This document shows, in pieces, positions 51,701-61,844 of a stretch of 64,000 nucleotides of DNA; the stretch's first letter is position 1; each line of letters begins with the position of its first letter. The stretch is from Candidatus Altimarinota bacterium. GTDB lineage: Bacteria > Patescibacteriota > Gracilibacteria > JBDHUY01. Location of the stretch: NCBI GenBank assembly GCA_039809385.1, contig JBDHUY010000007.1, positions 33,494 to 97,493 on the forward strand, read 5' to 3'. The notes below the pieces were generated by a model, which had not been told where the DNA came from, searched no databases, and saw only the letters and a list, made by a program, of their open reading frames with translations. A program made the translations under genes and the position numbers.

Positions 51701-52642
51701 ATCGGGGGGCAAGACCGGCAGAACGGTTAGTACCATCCAGGCCGGATTGATCGAAGCTTTCAGCAAGCTGCTGGCCAGTTTCAGCCGTTTCATGATCTTT
51801 TTCTGTTTTTGCCCCGAAGTTTTTTTCAGGTCTTCTTTGCGCTCTTCGATGAATTTGGCCAAGTCCATATTCGTGATAATCTGACGAATCGCTTCGGAAC
51901 CGATGCCGGCCTGAAACACATGGCCGAACTGCATCGACAGATCGCGATAGATCACTTCGGAAATGACTTTGCCTACTTCCAGCACTTTGAGTTGGTCCCG
52001 TGCTTTGACGAAGCTGTCGTCGAGCGTCTTTACTTTTTCGTTAAAATCCTCTTCTTGCATATCGCTCTCGCCGGATTTCTTGGTCTTTTTGGTGTCGGCG
52101 GTATCTTTATCTTTTTGCAGTTTTTGATATTCCATCTGGATCTCCTTCTTCTTCTGCTTATAGGTATTTTCGAGTTCGAGCAAAGCTTCTTCTTTGGCTT
52201 TTTCGTCTACGTCGGTAATCACGTAGGCCGCAAAGTAGACTACTTGCTCGATCTGTTTTACCGGTAAATCCAGAATAAGTCCGATACGGCTCGGCGTAGA
52301 CCTAAGATACCAGGTATGCATGACCGGCACGGCCAGTTTGATATGTCCCATTCGCTCTCTGCGTACGATCGAACGGGTTACTTCGACGCCGCACTTTTCG
52401 CAGACTACTCCTTTGTAACGAATACGTTTGTATTTTCCGCAGTAACATTCCCAGTTTTTGGTCGGACCGAAAATGCGTTCGCAGAATAAACCGCCGCGTT
52501 CGGGTTTTTGCGTACGATAGTTGATGGTTTCGGGTTTGTTTACTTCCCCGTGCGACCATCCCATGATGTCGTCGGGAGACGCCACAGACACGGCGATCGC
52601 TTCAAAGTCCGGTATATTCGTATTTTTTGAGACCTGAGGCAT
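48794..52642 (-). CDS. rpoC: DNA-directed RNA polymerase beta' subunit
   Basis: [57 protein letters not shown]. Confidence 0.99.
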   Translation of the reverse strand: MPQVSKNTNIPDFEAIAVSVASPDDIMGWSHGEVNKPETINYRTQKPERGGLFCERIFGPTKNWECYCGKYKRIRYKGVVCEKCGVEVTRSIVRRERMGHIKLAVPVMHTWYLRSTPSRIGLILDLPVKQIEQVVYFAAYVITDVDEKAKEEALLELENTYKQKKKEIQMEYQKLQKDKDTADTKKTKKSGESDMQEEDFNEKVKTLDDSFVKARDQLKVLEVGKVISEVIYRDLSMQFGHVFQAGIGSEAIRQIITNMDLAKFIEERKEDLKKTSGQKQKKIMKRLKLASSLLKASINPAWMVLTVLPVLPPDLRPMVQLDGGRFAASDLNDLYRRVINRNNRLKRLIEIGAPEVICRNEKRMLQEAVDTLLNSDARVSKATFNVNERRKLRSLSDMLKGKQGRFRQNLLGKRVDYSGRSVIVVGPNLQLHQCGIPKEMALKLFKPFVIGHLIRDGLAYNVKNAERVIASNRKEVWDILENVTAEHYVLLNRAPTLHRLGIQAFQPVLIEGKAIQIHPLVCAAYNADFDGDQMAVHIPLSEQAQREAKSIMSSSSNLLKPSSGEPIITAAQDIVLGSYYLTRMKDESAEPKMSFTDIDEAMRAFGNKYVGLQEKIRVRFNGELLETTIGRLIFNRDCLPKELWYVNRTMNKKELKRLIAYTFEKYGKEMTVLISDSIKSIGYKYATLSGLSIGYDDMVVPEGKEKIIEESSENVKQIINKYWKGWITADERHNAQVRIWNEAKRKIADLMIKSYEKFNHIFIMVDSGARGDWGNVTQLSGMKGLVANPSGKTIELPVKANYKEGLSILEYFINTHSGRKGKSDTALKTSEAGYLTRKLVDSVQRVIVREYDCGNEKGVVISRSESQRVGLAFEQRVFGRTIMADVADPATGEILANQGQYVTDAMLKAFKDHNVDELSIASVADCLTEDGVCQKCYGLDLGFNHPVEIGTPVGIIAAQSIGEPGTQLTMRTFHMGGVAEGADITQGLTRVEELFEARTPKTPATIAEIDGTVTIKKKKDMVEAYLKSDELGRDEYVLYGDLQPLVKVGDTVRIKQTIIRSKGDKNTIIRATNSGVVEDISGKTLTIKHDVKQERLYRIPTRMTLIVREGDKVKAGDPMTIGHMDLKSLMQIKGVGSLQSYVVNEVQSIYASQGQTINDKHIEIIVKQMLSKIRILDPGESSFLPGEITNIVRYEKVNHQMREEGKKESYGERLLLGITKVSLYTDSWLSAASFQETIRVLVEASVTKKVDFLEGLKENVIIGRLIPAGQTYKEKSNRPSQH

Positions 52643-52880
52643 AAAAACAAGGTCAAAGGGTAAAAAACAGTCGAATCAGGAATTAAGAACCTGGAGTCAA
52701 GGAAAGAAGGAGTTGAAATGGTATTCCATGCAAAAGAAATTTGTGCTTAAAATCCCAAGTGCCAAACCAAAATCACAAATAAATCTCAAAACTCAAATGT
52801 CAAAAATTCAACTCTTACCCCTCAATACATAACGATTCTAAAAGATACTGGCTGGGGGCAATTGGAAGTGATTATTTAGT

Positions 52881-53318
52881 CTAAAATAGATTGTCCAGAT
52901 CGTCCGGAGCGCTGTCGTCGGCTCCTTCCATCGGAGCGTGTTCTTCGGTTGCGCCGCCCATATCTTCATCTTTTCCATGAGCCCGTTTGTCCCGATCCAA
53001 CAAGATTACATCTGTAGCGATAATTTCAGTACGAAAAGATTTTGTCCCGTTTTCGTTATCCCAGCTACGAGTTTTGAGGTATCCTTCGATATAGACCAGT
53101 TTGCCTTTGCGTAAGAGTTGTGCGCAGATATCTCCGAGTTTGCCCCAGGCTACGATACTGTGAAATTCGGTCATCGAATTGCGTTCCCCCTGGCTGGTAA
53201 CCCAATCGCGGTTGGTAGCAACCCCGAAGGTGGTAATCGTCTGACCTCCCGGAGTAGATTTTTTTTCGGGATCGCGGGTCACGTTGCCCACCAGAATCAC
53301 TTTGTTGATGCTTTTCAT
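52881..53318 (-). CDS. ssb: Single-stranded DNA-binding protein
   Basis: NKVILVGNVTRDPE, VAWGKL, KGKLVYIEG..TRSW, acidic tail ending DDLDNLF. Confidence 0.92.
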   Translation of the reverse strand: MKSINKVILVGNVTRDPEKKSTPGGQTITTFGVATNRDWVTSQGERNSMTEFHSIVAWGKLGDICAQLLRKGKLVYIEGYLKTRSWDNENGTKSFRTEIIATDVILLDRDKRAHGKDEDMGGATEEHAPMEGADDSAPDDLDNLF

Positions 53319-53371
53319 AAAGGTGTAAACAATAAATAAATAACGGAATAAAATGTAAAAAAAGAAAGATC

Positions 53372-56300
53372 TTAGGCATCGTCGTATTCTTTGTCATCCT
53401 CGTCGTCCCCTTCTTCGTGGAGAGCAACGGCTTCGGATTCATCGTCATCGCCATCGTGGTCGGAATCCTTGGAGCTGTCAGAAGCATCTCTTTCTTCTTC
53501 CAGACCAAATCCTTCCGGTATTGATTCCTCGTCAACGACAACCTCTTTTTTCTTGGGATGATCATGTTCCTCTTCTTCCAGTTCGCCTTCGATGAATCCG
53601 GTTAACCCGAAACCTTCGTCCTCAAAGTTGATCGAGGCCAGTTCTTCTTTGTTGAAAAGGTCGACCCTGAGACACAAGCTTTGTAATTCTTTCACCAGCA
53701 CGTTAAAGCTTTCGGGAATGTTGGGCGATTTGGTCGCTTCGCCTTTGACGATCGATTCGTAAGCGCGCGAACGTCCGCGGACGTCATCGGATTTGATCGT
53801 GAGCATCTCCTGCAGCATATTCGAAGCGCCATACGCTTCCAGTGCCCACACTTCCATTTCTCCGAAACGCTGTCCGCCGTGCTGGGCTTTTCCTCCCAGC
53901 GGTTGTTGTGTGACCAGGCTGTAGGGGCCGACACTGCGGGCGTGGATTTTGTCTTCGACCAAGTGATGCAGCTTCATCATATAGGTAATTCCCACGGTGG
54001 TTTTTTCTTCAAATGCCTCTCCGGTAAATCCGTCAAACAGTTGTACTTTACCATCCTCCGGCATACCCGAAGCGATCACCATTGATTTGATCTGATCGGT
54101 ATTGATTCCGTTTAGCGCCGGTGTGGCTATTCGAATGCCGAATTTGGAAGCCGCCCAACCCAGATGGGTTTCCAGAATCTGTCCGATATTCATACGGCTG
54201 ATAACACCGAGCGGATTCAAAATGATATCCACAGGAGTTCCATCTTCCAGATAGGGCATGTTTTCAACTGGCACAATATTGGAAATAATCCCTTTGTTCC
54301 CGTGACGTCCGGCCATTTTATCGCCGACTTCGATCTTACGGGTCTGAGCCACATAAACTTTTATCTGTTTTATCACGCCGGTAGGAAGTTCATCGCTGTT
54401 CTCCCGTGTCAGAATATTGACATCGACGACTTTACCGCCTTCGCCGCCGGGCAGGCGTAGCGAGGTGTCTTTCACGTCTTTGGCTTTCTCTCCGAAGATA
54501 GCCTGAAGCAACCGCTCCTCTGCTGTCAGTTCGGCTTCGCCTTTAGGCGTAATTTTCCCAACGAGAATATCGCCTTCGTTGACCGTGGCGCCGATCCGCA
54601 CAATACCGTCGGCATCGAGATCTTTTAGCCGATTTTCGCCGACGTTGGGAATATCCCGCGTCACGATTTCCGGCCCCAGTTTGGTGTCGCGGACATCAAT
54701 CGAGAAATCTTCGATATGGATCGAGCTATACCAGTCGCGCTGGAATACCCGTTCTGAAATGATGATAGCGTCCTCGTAGTTATATCCGTACCAGGGCATG
54801 TAGGCTACCAGCAGATTCCTTCCCAGTGCTAATTCTCCCCGGTCGATCGACTGACCGTCGACGAGCGGATCGCCTCGTTTGAACTGTTGTCCTTTATCGA
54901 CAATTACGCGCTGATGGATGACGGTTCCCTGATTGCTGCGACTGAATACTTCCAGATCATAGCTTACTTTGCGGCCGCTGCGATACATAACCGTCAGCAT
55001 TTTTGCTTCCGCCCCAACTACTTCTCCGTCGTCTTCTGCTACGACCACATAGCCGGTATTTTCAGCGGCGATCCGTTCCATACCCGTTCCGATGACCGGA
55101 GCCTGGGCGTTTAACAGCGGGACTGCCTGGCGTTGCATGTTGGTTCCCATCGAAGCGCGGGTACTGTCGTCGTGTTCGACGAACGGAATCAGCGCTGTGG
55201 TGACGCTCAAAATCTGTTTGGGAGAGATATCGATGTGGGTTACGTCGTTGATGTGAGCCAATCCCGGTTCTCCGTCTTTCCGGGCCGAGACGCGCGATGT
55301 ATTGAAGTTTCCGAACTCATCGAGATCGGAACTGGCTTCGGCGATCACCAGATTCCGCTCGGTCTCCGCATCGAAATACTTTATTTCTTTGGTGATATAG
55401 GCGCGTACCGGAATTTCTTTGTCGGTTATTTTTTTGCTGATCTCTTCAGCCTTTTCCTTGGTTATTCTCTCGTTGTCTTCCACAATCACTTTTTTCGTTT
55501 TGGGATCGATAACTCCGCCGCTGCGCACGACACGGTTGACCAGGTCTTTTGGTGTATTGGGAGCCGTGTTCCGTACCTGACGATACGGTGTTTCGATAAA
55601 TCCGTACTTGTTTACTTTTCCGTACGAAGCCAGATGAACGACCAAACCGATGTTGGGTCCTTCCGGCGTGGCGATCGGACAAATGCGTCCGTAGTGGCTG
55701 CTGTGCACGTCTCGAACTTCAAACGAAGCCCGCTCCCGCGACAGTCCGCCAGGTCCCATGGCCGAGACGCGACGCTTGTGCTCGAGTTCGGAAAGCGGAT
55801 TGGTCTGATCCATGAATTGCGACAGCTGGGAGTTCGAGAAAAATTCTTTCAGCGAGGCTGTGATCGGGCGGCTGTTGATCAACTGTGTGGGCGTCACCGA
55901 TTCCAGATCCATGACCGTCATACGGTCTTTGGCGATACGCTCCATACGCAGCAGTCCGACCCGCATTTTGTTCTGGATCAGCTCTCCGACACAGCGGATG
56001 CGGCGATTGGACAAATGATCGATATCGTCGCTGTTGCCTTCTCCGTTATTCAATTTGATTAAATGCCGCAGGATTTTTACCAGATCCTCAACCTGAAAAA
56101 TCCGGTTCTCTTTGTCAAACGGGGCATTGACCCCGAAGCGCGTATTCAGCTTATAGCGGGCCACATGACCCATATCGTATTTTTTAAAATCGAAAAACAT
56201 CGAATCGATGAGATTTTTGGCGTTTTCGGGGGTAGCCAGATCGCCGGGACGAATACGCTTGTAGATTTGCTGACAAGCTTCGTCCATATTCTTGGCCGGA

Positions 56301-57208
56301 TCTTTGTCGAGCGTCAGCATCATATAATCCTGTGCCGGTTCGGTGACCAGATCGGCAAAAGGGCTCAAAATGTCTTTATCTTTCTGGAATCCGAATGCGC
56401 GCAACAGCGACGTAACCGGAGCTTTGCGTTTGCGATCGATTTTTACCCAGATTATTCCCTTTTTATCCGTCTCTATTTCGAGCCAGGCGCCCCGTTTGGG
56501 AATGATTTTTGCATTGAAATAGCCCGGAGCGCTCATATTTTCGGAAAAGAACACACCCGGCGAACGTACGATCTGATTGACCACGACCCGTTCGATTCCG
56601 TTGATAATGAAACTGCCCCGCGGTGTCATGAGCGGCATACCGCCGAGGTATACGTCTTGTTCTTTGATTTCCCCGGTTTCTTTGTTGACTAGTTGCACAT
56701 GTGCTTTGAGCGGAATTTCGTAGTTGAGATTTTTTCGCTTAGCCTCCTGTCCGGTGTATTTTGGCTCGTCAAACGAATGTCCCAGAAAATGCAGTTCGAT
56801 CTTTTTTCCCGAGAAATCGGTGATCGGCGATATTTCGCTCAACAGCTCGTCGATACCTTCTTCCATAAACCAGCGAAAAGAATCGAGCTGAACTTCGAGC
56901 AGATTCGGGATCGGAAAATCTTCGATCTCGGATGTGAAAAAATAGCGGTTACGGTACATTTTGGTCGCTTCGATCGGCAGGTCTTTGCGGTTGATCTGTT
57001 CGTACCGGTTCTCGACCGAAACTTCCGGGGTGACCGGTACCAGATTCGGTTTCGAAGCAGAAGTTGCCGCCGGTTTGGCGGAAACGGCTTTGACCGGAAC
57101 CTTTGCGGTCTTGGGGATCTTTTTAGACGCCTTGGCCGCTGCCGGAGCTTTCTTTGCCGCTTGTTCTTTGGCCGGAGCTTTCTTGGTCGTTTTCTTGGCA
57201 ATGCCCAT
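53372..57208 (-). CDS. rpoB: DNA-directed RNA polymerase beta subunit
   Basis: SQFMDQTNPL, GPGGL, TPEGPNIGL, GDKMAGRHGNKG, GGQRFGEMEVWALEAY. Confidence 0.99.
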   Translation of the reverse strand: MGIAKKTTKKAPAKEQAAKKAPAAAKASKKIPKTAKVPVKAVSAKPAATSASKPNLVPVTPEVSVENRYEQINRKDLPIEATKMYRNRYFFTSEIEDFPIPNLLEVQLDSFRWFMEEGIDELLSEISPITDFSGKKIELHFLGHSFDEPKYTGQEAKRKNLNYEIPLKAHVQLVNKETGEIKEQDVYLGGMPLMTPRGSFIINGIERVVVNQIVRSPGVFFSENMSAPGYFNAKIIPKRGAWLEIETDKKGIIWVKIDRKRKAPVTSLLRAFGFQKDKDILSPFADLVTEPAQDYMMLTLDKDPAKNMDEACQQIYKRIRPGDLATPENAKNLIDSMFFDFKKYDMGHVARYKLNTRFGVNAPFDKENRIFQVEDLVKILRHLIKLNNGEGNSDDIDHLSNRRIRCVGELIQNKMRVGLLRMERIAKDRMTVMDLESVTPTQLINSRPITASLKEFFSNSQLSQFMDQTNPLSELEHKRRVSAMGPGGLSRERASFEVRDVHSSHYGRICPIATPEGPNIGLVVHLASYGKVNKYGFIETPYRQVRNTAPNTPKDLVNRVVRSGGVIDPKTKKVIVEDNERITKEKAEEISKKITDKEIPVRAYITKEIKYFDAETERNLVIAEASSDLDEFGNFNTSRVSARKDGEPGLAHINDVTHIDISPKQILSVTTALIPFVEHDDSTRASMGTNMQRQAVPLLNAQAPVIGTGMERIAAENTGYVVVAEDDGEVVGAEAKMLTVMYRSGRKVSYDLEVFSRSNQGTVIHQRVIVDKGQQFKRGDPLVDGQSIDRGELALGRNLLVAYMPWYGYNYEDAIIISERVFQRDWYSSIHIEDFSIDVRDTKLGPEIVTRDIPNVGENRLKDLDADGIVRIGATVNEGDILVGKITPKGEAELTAEERLLQAIFGEKAKDVKDTSLRLPGGEGGKVVDVNILTRENSDELPTGVIKQIKVYVAQTRKIEVGDKMAGRHGNKGIISNIVPVENMPYLEDGTPVDIILNPLGVISRMNIGQILETHLGWAASKFGIRIATPALNGINTDQIKSMVIASGMPEDGKVQLFDGFTGEAFEEKTTVGITYMMKLHHLVEDKIHARSVGPYSLVTQQPLGGKAQHGGQRFGEMEVWALEAYGASNMLQEMLTIKSDDVRGRSRAYESIVKGEATKSPNIPESFNVLVKELQSLCLRVDLFNKEELASINFEDEGFGLTGFIEGELEEEEHDHPKKKEVVVDEESIPEGFGLEEERDASDSSKDSDHDGDDDESEAVALHEEGDDEDDKEYDDA

Positions 57209-57329
57209 AGAAAAAAATCAGGAGAAATAAAGTACCGTAAAAAGAGAGCGAGTCTCTTTTTAAAACAGCGGTGTGTATTTTTCCGTAACGCAATCGTGGT
57301 ATCGACACCGAAAAAGAATTGTCCCTTTT

Positions 57330-57357
57330 ATTTTACTCTTTCAAAGAGTCGAGTCAA
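57330..57357 (-). promoter_or_regulatory. Putative rpoB promoter with a palindrome in the spacer
   Basis: Minus strand TTGACT-16 nt-TAAAAT; spacer region holds ACTCTTT-C-AAAGAGT. Confidence 0.5.
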
Positions 57358-57749
57358 TCTTTTTTTGCAGAACGGACGTGATTTTGCCGTTTTATTTTTT
57401 CGATAAGCTTCAATACTTGTTGTACTTGGTTCTTGTTCAAGCCGTTTTTGACAAGCTGTTCCTCGATCGATCCGCTTTCGTAGGCGACCTTCGGCTGAGC
57501 CAGATCGTGTATGCCGTAGTGTTCCTGTACTTCTTCCAGACGCCACTGGGCCAGTTGTTCCTGAGCCTGGGCTTTGGACATCTGGTAACCGCGCGTCAAA
57601 ATTCTGAGCAGCGTAGGATCCTTTGCCTGCAGTTTTCCGTTTTCGTAGCTCGACAGATTGCCCGTGCCGTAACCGATCTTGGAGGACAGTTCTTTGAGTG
57701 TCAGGTTGTGGTGGCGGCGCAATTTTTTTAGCTGCTCAAAAACGCGCAT
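57354..57749 (-). CDS. XRE-family helix-turn-helix regulator
   Basis: LKKLRRHHNLTLKELSSKIGYGTGNLSSYENGK. Confidence 0.88.
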   Translation of the reverse strand: MRVFEQLKKLRRHHNLTLKELSSKIGYGTGNLSSYENGKLQAKDPTLLRILTRGYQMSKAQAQEQLAQWRLEEVQEHYGIHDLAQPKVAYESGSIEEQLVKNGLNKNQVQQVLKLIEKIKRQNHVRSAKKD

Positions 57750-57894
57750 GCAAATATAAAAAATAGATAAACACCGAATCGCATAAATATAAAAAAATAC
57801 TATACTGTCTTTTGGAGAGGCAACAAGCAAAAAGCGGTTGCATTTTCTTTATGATGTATATAGCATAGAGAAGAAATTCCGTGACCTTTCTGAT

Positions 57895-58242
57895 ATGGAC
57901 CCACTGGCGGTACAGCAAAAAATGATCCGTTCCCTGCAGACGCTCAAGAACCTGCTCGGGTCTTCGTCCGACGGACTCTTGGGAAGGGCGGATATGATAA
58001 GACAGCATGCCGATCGTACAATCGGTCTGATTAATCTCTATTTCTTGCAACATCAGCGGCAGAAGGGCGAGCAACTGGCCATGCACGAGGTTGCGATAAC
58101 ATTCGATATCCGCGATACCTTGACAACGATTATCGGCTATTCCGAATTTTTACTCGAACGCAAAGTCAGCCTGCGGGATCGTAAAAAGATGCTTCAGGGG
58201 CTGGTCAGTGCGGCTTGGACGCTGAAAAAACAGCTGGAGTAG
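57895..58242 (+). CDS. Small protein with a degenerate HisKA/DHp-like helix
   Basis: AITFDIRDTLTTIIGYSEFLL resembles the H-box consensus but has Phe in place of His; no HATPase domain. Confidence 0.55.
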   Translation: MDPLAVQQKMIRSLQTLKNLLGSSSDGLLGRADMIRQHADRTIGLINLYFLQHQRQKGEQLAMHEVAITFDIRDTLTTIIGYSEFLLERKVSLRDRKKMLQGLVSAAWTLKKQLE

Positions 58243-58406
58243 AAGGGTAATTTTTTATAAATGAACGTCCAATGCTTTTTGTTGGCATTCTTTTTATGCA
58301 GTGGTATGTTTCATTCAGATCATTATTATCTATCTCGCAGTATTTATATGGCTCGGCGTAATCCTCGTAATAATTCTGAAGAATCTTCTGCTCCAGGTCG
58401 TAGGAG

Positions 58407-59052
58407 ATGGTTCCGGAACAGGCAGATTTGACTAATGATGAAATCAAGCTTCAGCAGGCTACACTTTTTTTGCAACTTGGTGATACATATTATGAACTGA
58501 AAGATTATCCCGAGGCGTTGAATCACTATCAGAAAGCTCTGGAATTGGGTGGTGACCCGTCCGAGGTTCTCTTTAAAATTGGAACCATATATTGTAGGCA
58601 AGACTTATACCAGGAAGCTCTTCAATTTTTTGAAAGGGCTATACAACTAGACGCTGATAATGATTGTACCTGGAATAACATTGCCATATGTTACGCCTCC
58701 CTTGGGAAATTTCGAGAAGCGGTGGATGCTCAAGATCGCTCCATTTCGATGTTTCCAGAAAGCATATATCTTGTCTGAATTGAAGCAATATGATGAAGCA
58801 ATTTTAGAATATAGACGTGGGTTGGAGATAATGCCTGATCACACCGGAGCCCGGGATAATTTGATTTCCATACTTATAGGACTTCAATGTTTTGAAGAGG
58901 CTCTTGAGATAGTACGCAGAGCTTTTCATAAATCTCCAAATGCGGAAATAAAAGAACTATATTTCTCCCTTTTGGGTCATCTACGACGGTCAAAGGAGCT
59001 TTTTTCAGTATTTGGAGTGGTTTCTCTTGTGATCGATCCTAAAAAGACTTGA
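58407..59052 (+). pseudogene. Frameshifted TPR-repeat protein
   Basis: Three TPRs in 58407..58778 continue as two more TPRs in another frame (FQKAYILSELKQYDEA...); switch at ~58752-58763. Confidence 0.75.
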
Positions 59053-59135
59053 ACCACGCTGCTACCCCACCTGAGTAAAAGAATAAAATTGTCTTTACAG
59101 TAAGGATCTACCCATTCCATTATCAAAGCTGGTGT

Positions 59136-59435
59136 TTATGTGTTTTCTAGATCATGAGGTTTCTGTGGTCTATTCCTTTTCCACCGCCCCAGGTTCGGAA
59201 TAACCGCGTGAGCCAGTTCTGTTGCTTTCTCGCGGGTAAAATGCAGTTCTTTCATCATATGCTCGATCGAAATTTCGAGCATCTCTTGCAGTGTTCTCTC
59301 GGGATCGGTAAAAGCTCCATTCTTATAGCAGAAGCTACAATACGTGGTGTTCTGGGTGCCGTCTTTTTCGGTGCCGTACCATCCTTGGTTCAAGGGCATT
59401 CCGCAGCTTTGACAGCGCTTTTTTTCAGGTTCCAT
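59136..59435 (-). CDS. Zinc-ribbon domain protein
   Basis: CQSCGMP..GTEKDG..YCSFCY..G.FT and C-terminal PNLGRW. Confidence 0.88.
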   Translation of the reverse strand: MEPEKKRCQSCGMPLNQGWYGTEKDGTQNTTYCSFCYKNGAFTDPERTLQEMLEISIEHMMKELHFTREKATELAHAVIPNLGRWKRNRPQKPHDLENT

Positions 59436-59576
59436 GAGGTATGTCCGTTATTGAGATTTCTCCGCCGGTATTATACCGGGTACTAGTCCTTTTTCAATGA
59501 AACCGTGCGTATGTCTTTGTCGGGACTGTCTTTTTTGGTCCCGGTTTGATATACTGATACGAAACATATACATATT

Positions 59577-59930
59577 ATGGTACAACTTGCCCGTCTTCAA
59601 ACCGCGCAGGTCGATCTCGTGGCGTTGATCGAAAATTCTGTCTCGCTTTCTGCCGAACAAAAAGCCTATTGGAAAAACAAGCTTCCTGTGCTGAGTCGCG
59701 AGCAGCAGGGTGAACTGGCCCGCATCTTTTTGGACGAAGCAGCCCAGATGGAACAAGCCAAAGGGCAACAAAAGCAATCGCTTGTAACGGCGGTGCAGGA
59801 CTTTGTCGTGGATGCCGAAACTGCCTACAACCGCGAGAAGCAGCAACTCTGGCATGGCGCCGAAGAAATGGTCAAACACAGCGAAGTCCAAGAACAAGAA
59901 GCGTTGCTACATCTTTTACAGCCTTTGTAA
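59577..59930 (+). CDS. Small helical hypothetical protein, paralog A1
   Basis: ALIENSVSLSAEQKAYW...LARIF aligns with the product of 62738..63079. Confidence 0.75.
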   Translation: MVQLARLQTAQVDLVALIENSVSLSAEQKAYWKNKLPVLSREQQGELARIFLDEAAQMEQAKGQQKQSLVTAVQDFVVDAETAYNREKQQLWHGAEEMVKHSEVQEQEALLHLLQPL

Positions 59931-59945
59931 ATTTTCTTACCAGCT

Positions 59946-61844
59946 ATGCGATTCTTACAGGATATCTCACGATCGTTATTTTTTCTGTCCCGCTGGCGCG
60001 GTCCAGCCCAAAATCCGGTCGAAAGTTCTATTTACAGCGCGGCGGAGCTTGAGAATGCCGGACAAAAAACCGGCAAGTCGGTCGATTTTCTGAATGTCAA
60101 AACTGCCGAAGGCAAGGAGCTCATGGATGCCGTTACGGCTTTGGGGAGCAAGAGTTCTGAAAACGAGATTGCCAGCGTAGAAGCAGGCGCCCGCACTTTT
60201 TTAAACAAAACCGACGCGCTTCTCGCTCGCAACGAGATTCCCAAAATTCAGAATACGCTCAAAAGTACTTCTATCGATCAGGCTGTCCTTACGCGTTTTA
60301 CCGACGCGCTTACTACTTTTCGCGCCTTTCTCAAAGAACTCTACACGAAACTAGTTGAAAAGATCGCCGGAATACAAAAAACCTTTCAGGAGCGAGTAAG
60401 AACGATTCAGACTTCGGTACAAAGCCGGCTGGATATTTTCGATAAGCGGTTGTTTCCATCTCCCGGGCTCGACTCGAAAGAGGCGAAAATTCCCAAAAAA
60501 TACCTGGAAGAGATTATTGCGTCGCCGGATGTTAAGAACAAACTGCCAGGTTTGGCCGCCGAGTGTGACCCCAAAGCGTTTAAAGGAGGAAACCAGTGGA
60601 ACGAGGGGGTGCTCAAACTTTTTCCTCCCGATACCAATATTCAGGAGGTGCAGCGGATCGTCGGAACCAAATTGGACGGGAAATTTGGTCCGCATTCTCT
60701 GTTATCTTTGCTGCTCTTTGCCGGTTTAGCCAAAGAAGGTCAAGAGTATGCGCACAAAATAGACGCCTGGAAAGCCGGTTTCCGGGCCCGGTTCGACTCG
60801 GCCAGCGATGCCGAAGCGGCCTATAAATCAAATGTGTTGAAAGTTGATCCGGGAGTCGATAAAGATAAAAATCCGACTGGGAAACCAGCCTACAAGTTTT
60901 TGAAAGAGGCTGTTCACGACCAAATGGCTGCTCAATTTACCGATGCTTCGGCGCCGCTCGTGGGCGATATCCTCCAGCAAGGAGGCTCCTTTATCTTTAC
61001 GCTGAAGCTGAATAACCGGGTGTTTAAGATCTCCAAAGATATGGATGCGGCTCAGGATGATACAGCCTGTCTGGTCTATGAGGTGTATAGCACTGAAAAC
61101 CTGCGTACCAAACAGTACTTGGGTTTGCATACCGAGCCGAAAAGTATGGCTGAGGCGCTAAAGAAAGCACCTGAGCCCAGAAGTATTCCCAGCGAGTTGC
61201 CAAAACAGTCTGATCCCAAACCCATTTCCAATCCCGACGCTTCAAAGCGTGATCATGTTGAAAAAGGTGAAACGATCGGCGATGCGATTATCGACAGTAA
61301 TATGACCCGCGAACAAGCTCTGGCTGACGTTTCAAAAAAATGTCCCCGGGAAATTTTAGACAATCAAGCCTTGGTAGATGTTACGTATATAAGCTTTGAC
61401 GGCAAGTATCACCGCGGACAGCTGGTGGTGGATAAACGTTTACAATCGGACGTTGAAGAGGTGTTTCAGGTTATGCTGGATACGAAGTTTCCCATCCATA
61501 AAGTTATTCCTATCACCAAATATGGCTGGAGCGATGACGCTTCTATGAAGGACAACAATACCTCGGGTTTTAATTATCGCACGATTGCCGGGGGTGAAAA
61601 ACTTTCTAATCACGCGAAAGGCTTTTCCATCGATATAAATCCGCTACAAAATCCGGAAGTACAAAACGGAAAAAATAATCCGCCCACCGGAAAATATGAA
61701 AAGAATACTCCGGGTACCCTTACCGCAGACCATCCGGTTGTGCAGAAATTCAAAGAGCTGGGGTGGACCTGGGGTGGGACCTGGGAGAGTAAGCAGGATT
61801 ATCAGCATTTCGAAAAGCCGCTTAAAAAAACTTCAGGTAAGTAA
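59946..61844 (+). CDS. Peptidoglycan-binding M15 family metallopeptidase with a long helical N-terminus
   Basis: PG-binding-like IQEVQRIVGTKLDGKFGPHS; C-terminal NTSGFNYR, SNHAKGFSIDINP, GWTWGGTW, DYQHFE. Confidence 0.85.
   Translation: MRFLQDISRSLFFLSRWRGPAQNPVESSIYSAAELENAGQKTGKSVDFLNVKTAEGKELMDAVTALGSKSSENEIASVEAGARTFLNKTDALLARNEIPKIQNTLKSTSIDQAVLTRFTDALTTFRAFLKELYTKLVEKIAGIQKTFQERVRTIQTSVQSRLDIFDKRLFPSPGLDSKEAKIPKKYLEEIIASPDVKNKLPGLAAECDPKAFKGGNQWNEGVLKLFPPDTNIQEVQRIVGTKLDGKFGPHSLLSLLLFAGLAKEGQEYAHKIDAWKAGFRARFDSASDAEAAYKSNVLKVDPGVDKDKNPTGKPAYKFLKEAVHDQMAAQFTDASAPLVGDILQQGGSFIFTLKLNNRVFKISKDMDAAQDDTACLVYEVYSTENLRTKQYLGLHTEPKSMAEALKKAPEPRSIPSELPKQSDPKPISNPDASKRDHVEKGETIGDAIIDSNMTREQALADVSKKCPREILDNQALVDVTYISFDGKYHRGQLVVDKRLQSDVEEVFQVMLDTKFPIHKVIPITKYGWSDDASMKDNNTSGFNYRTIAGGEKLSNHAKGFSIDINPLQNPEVQNGKNNPPTGKYEKNTPGTLTADHPVVQKFKELGWTWGGTWESKQDYQHFEKPLKKTSGK

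Noticed and set aside
53065-53565. 166-aa ORF bridging the rpoB end and ssb, a possible frameshift fusion
   Set aside because: Alternative frame of the acidic rpoB tail and of ssb; both real genes have their own start and stop.
48794-57208. Inteins or introns in rpoB/rpoC
   Set aside because: No intein splice motifs or LAGLIDADG blocks were noticed; the extra RpoB length is in terminal low-complexity tails.
49046-57406. Long plus-strand ORFs (e.g. 49376..50227, 55133..56062, 56693..57406)
   Set aside because: Antisense shadows of rpoC/rpoB with no recognisable motifs.
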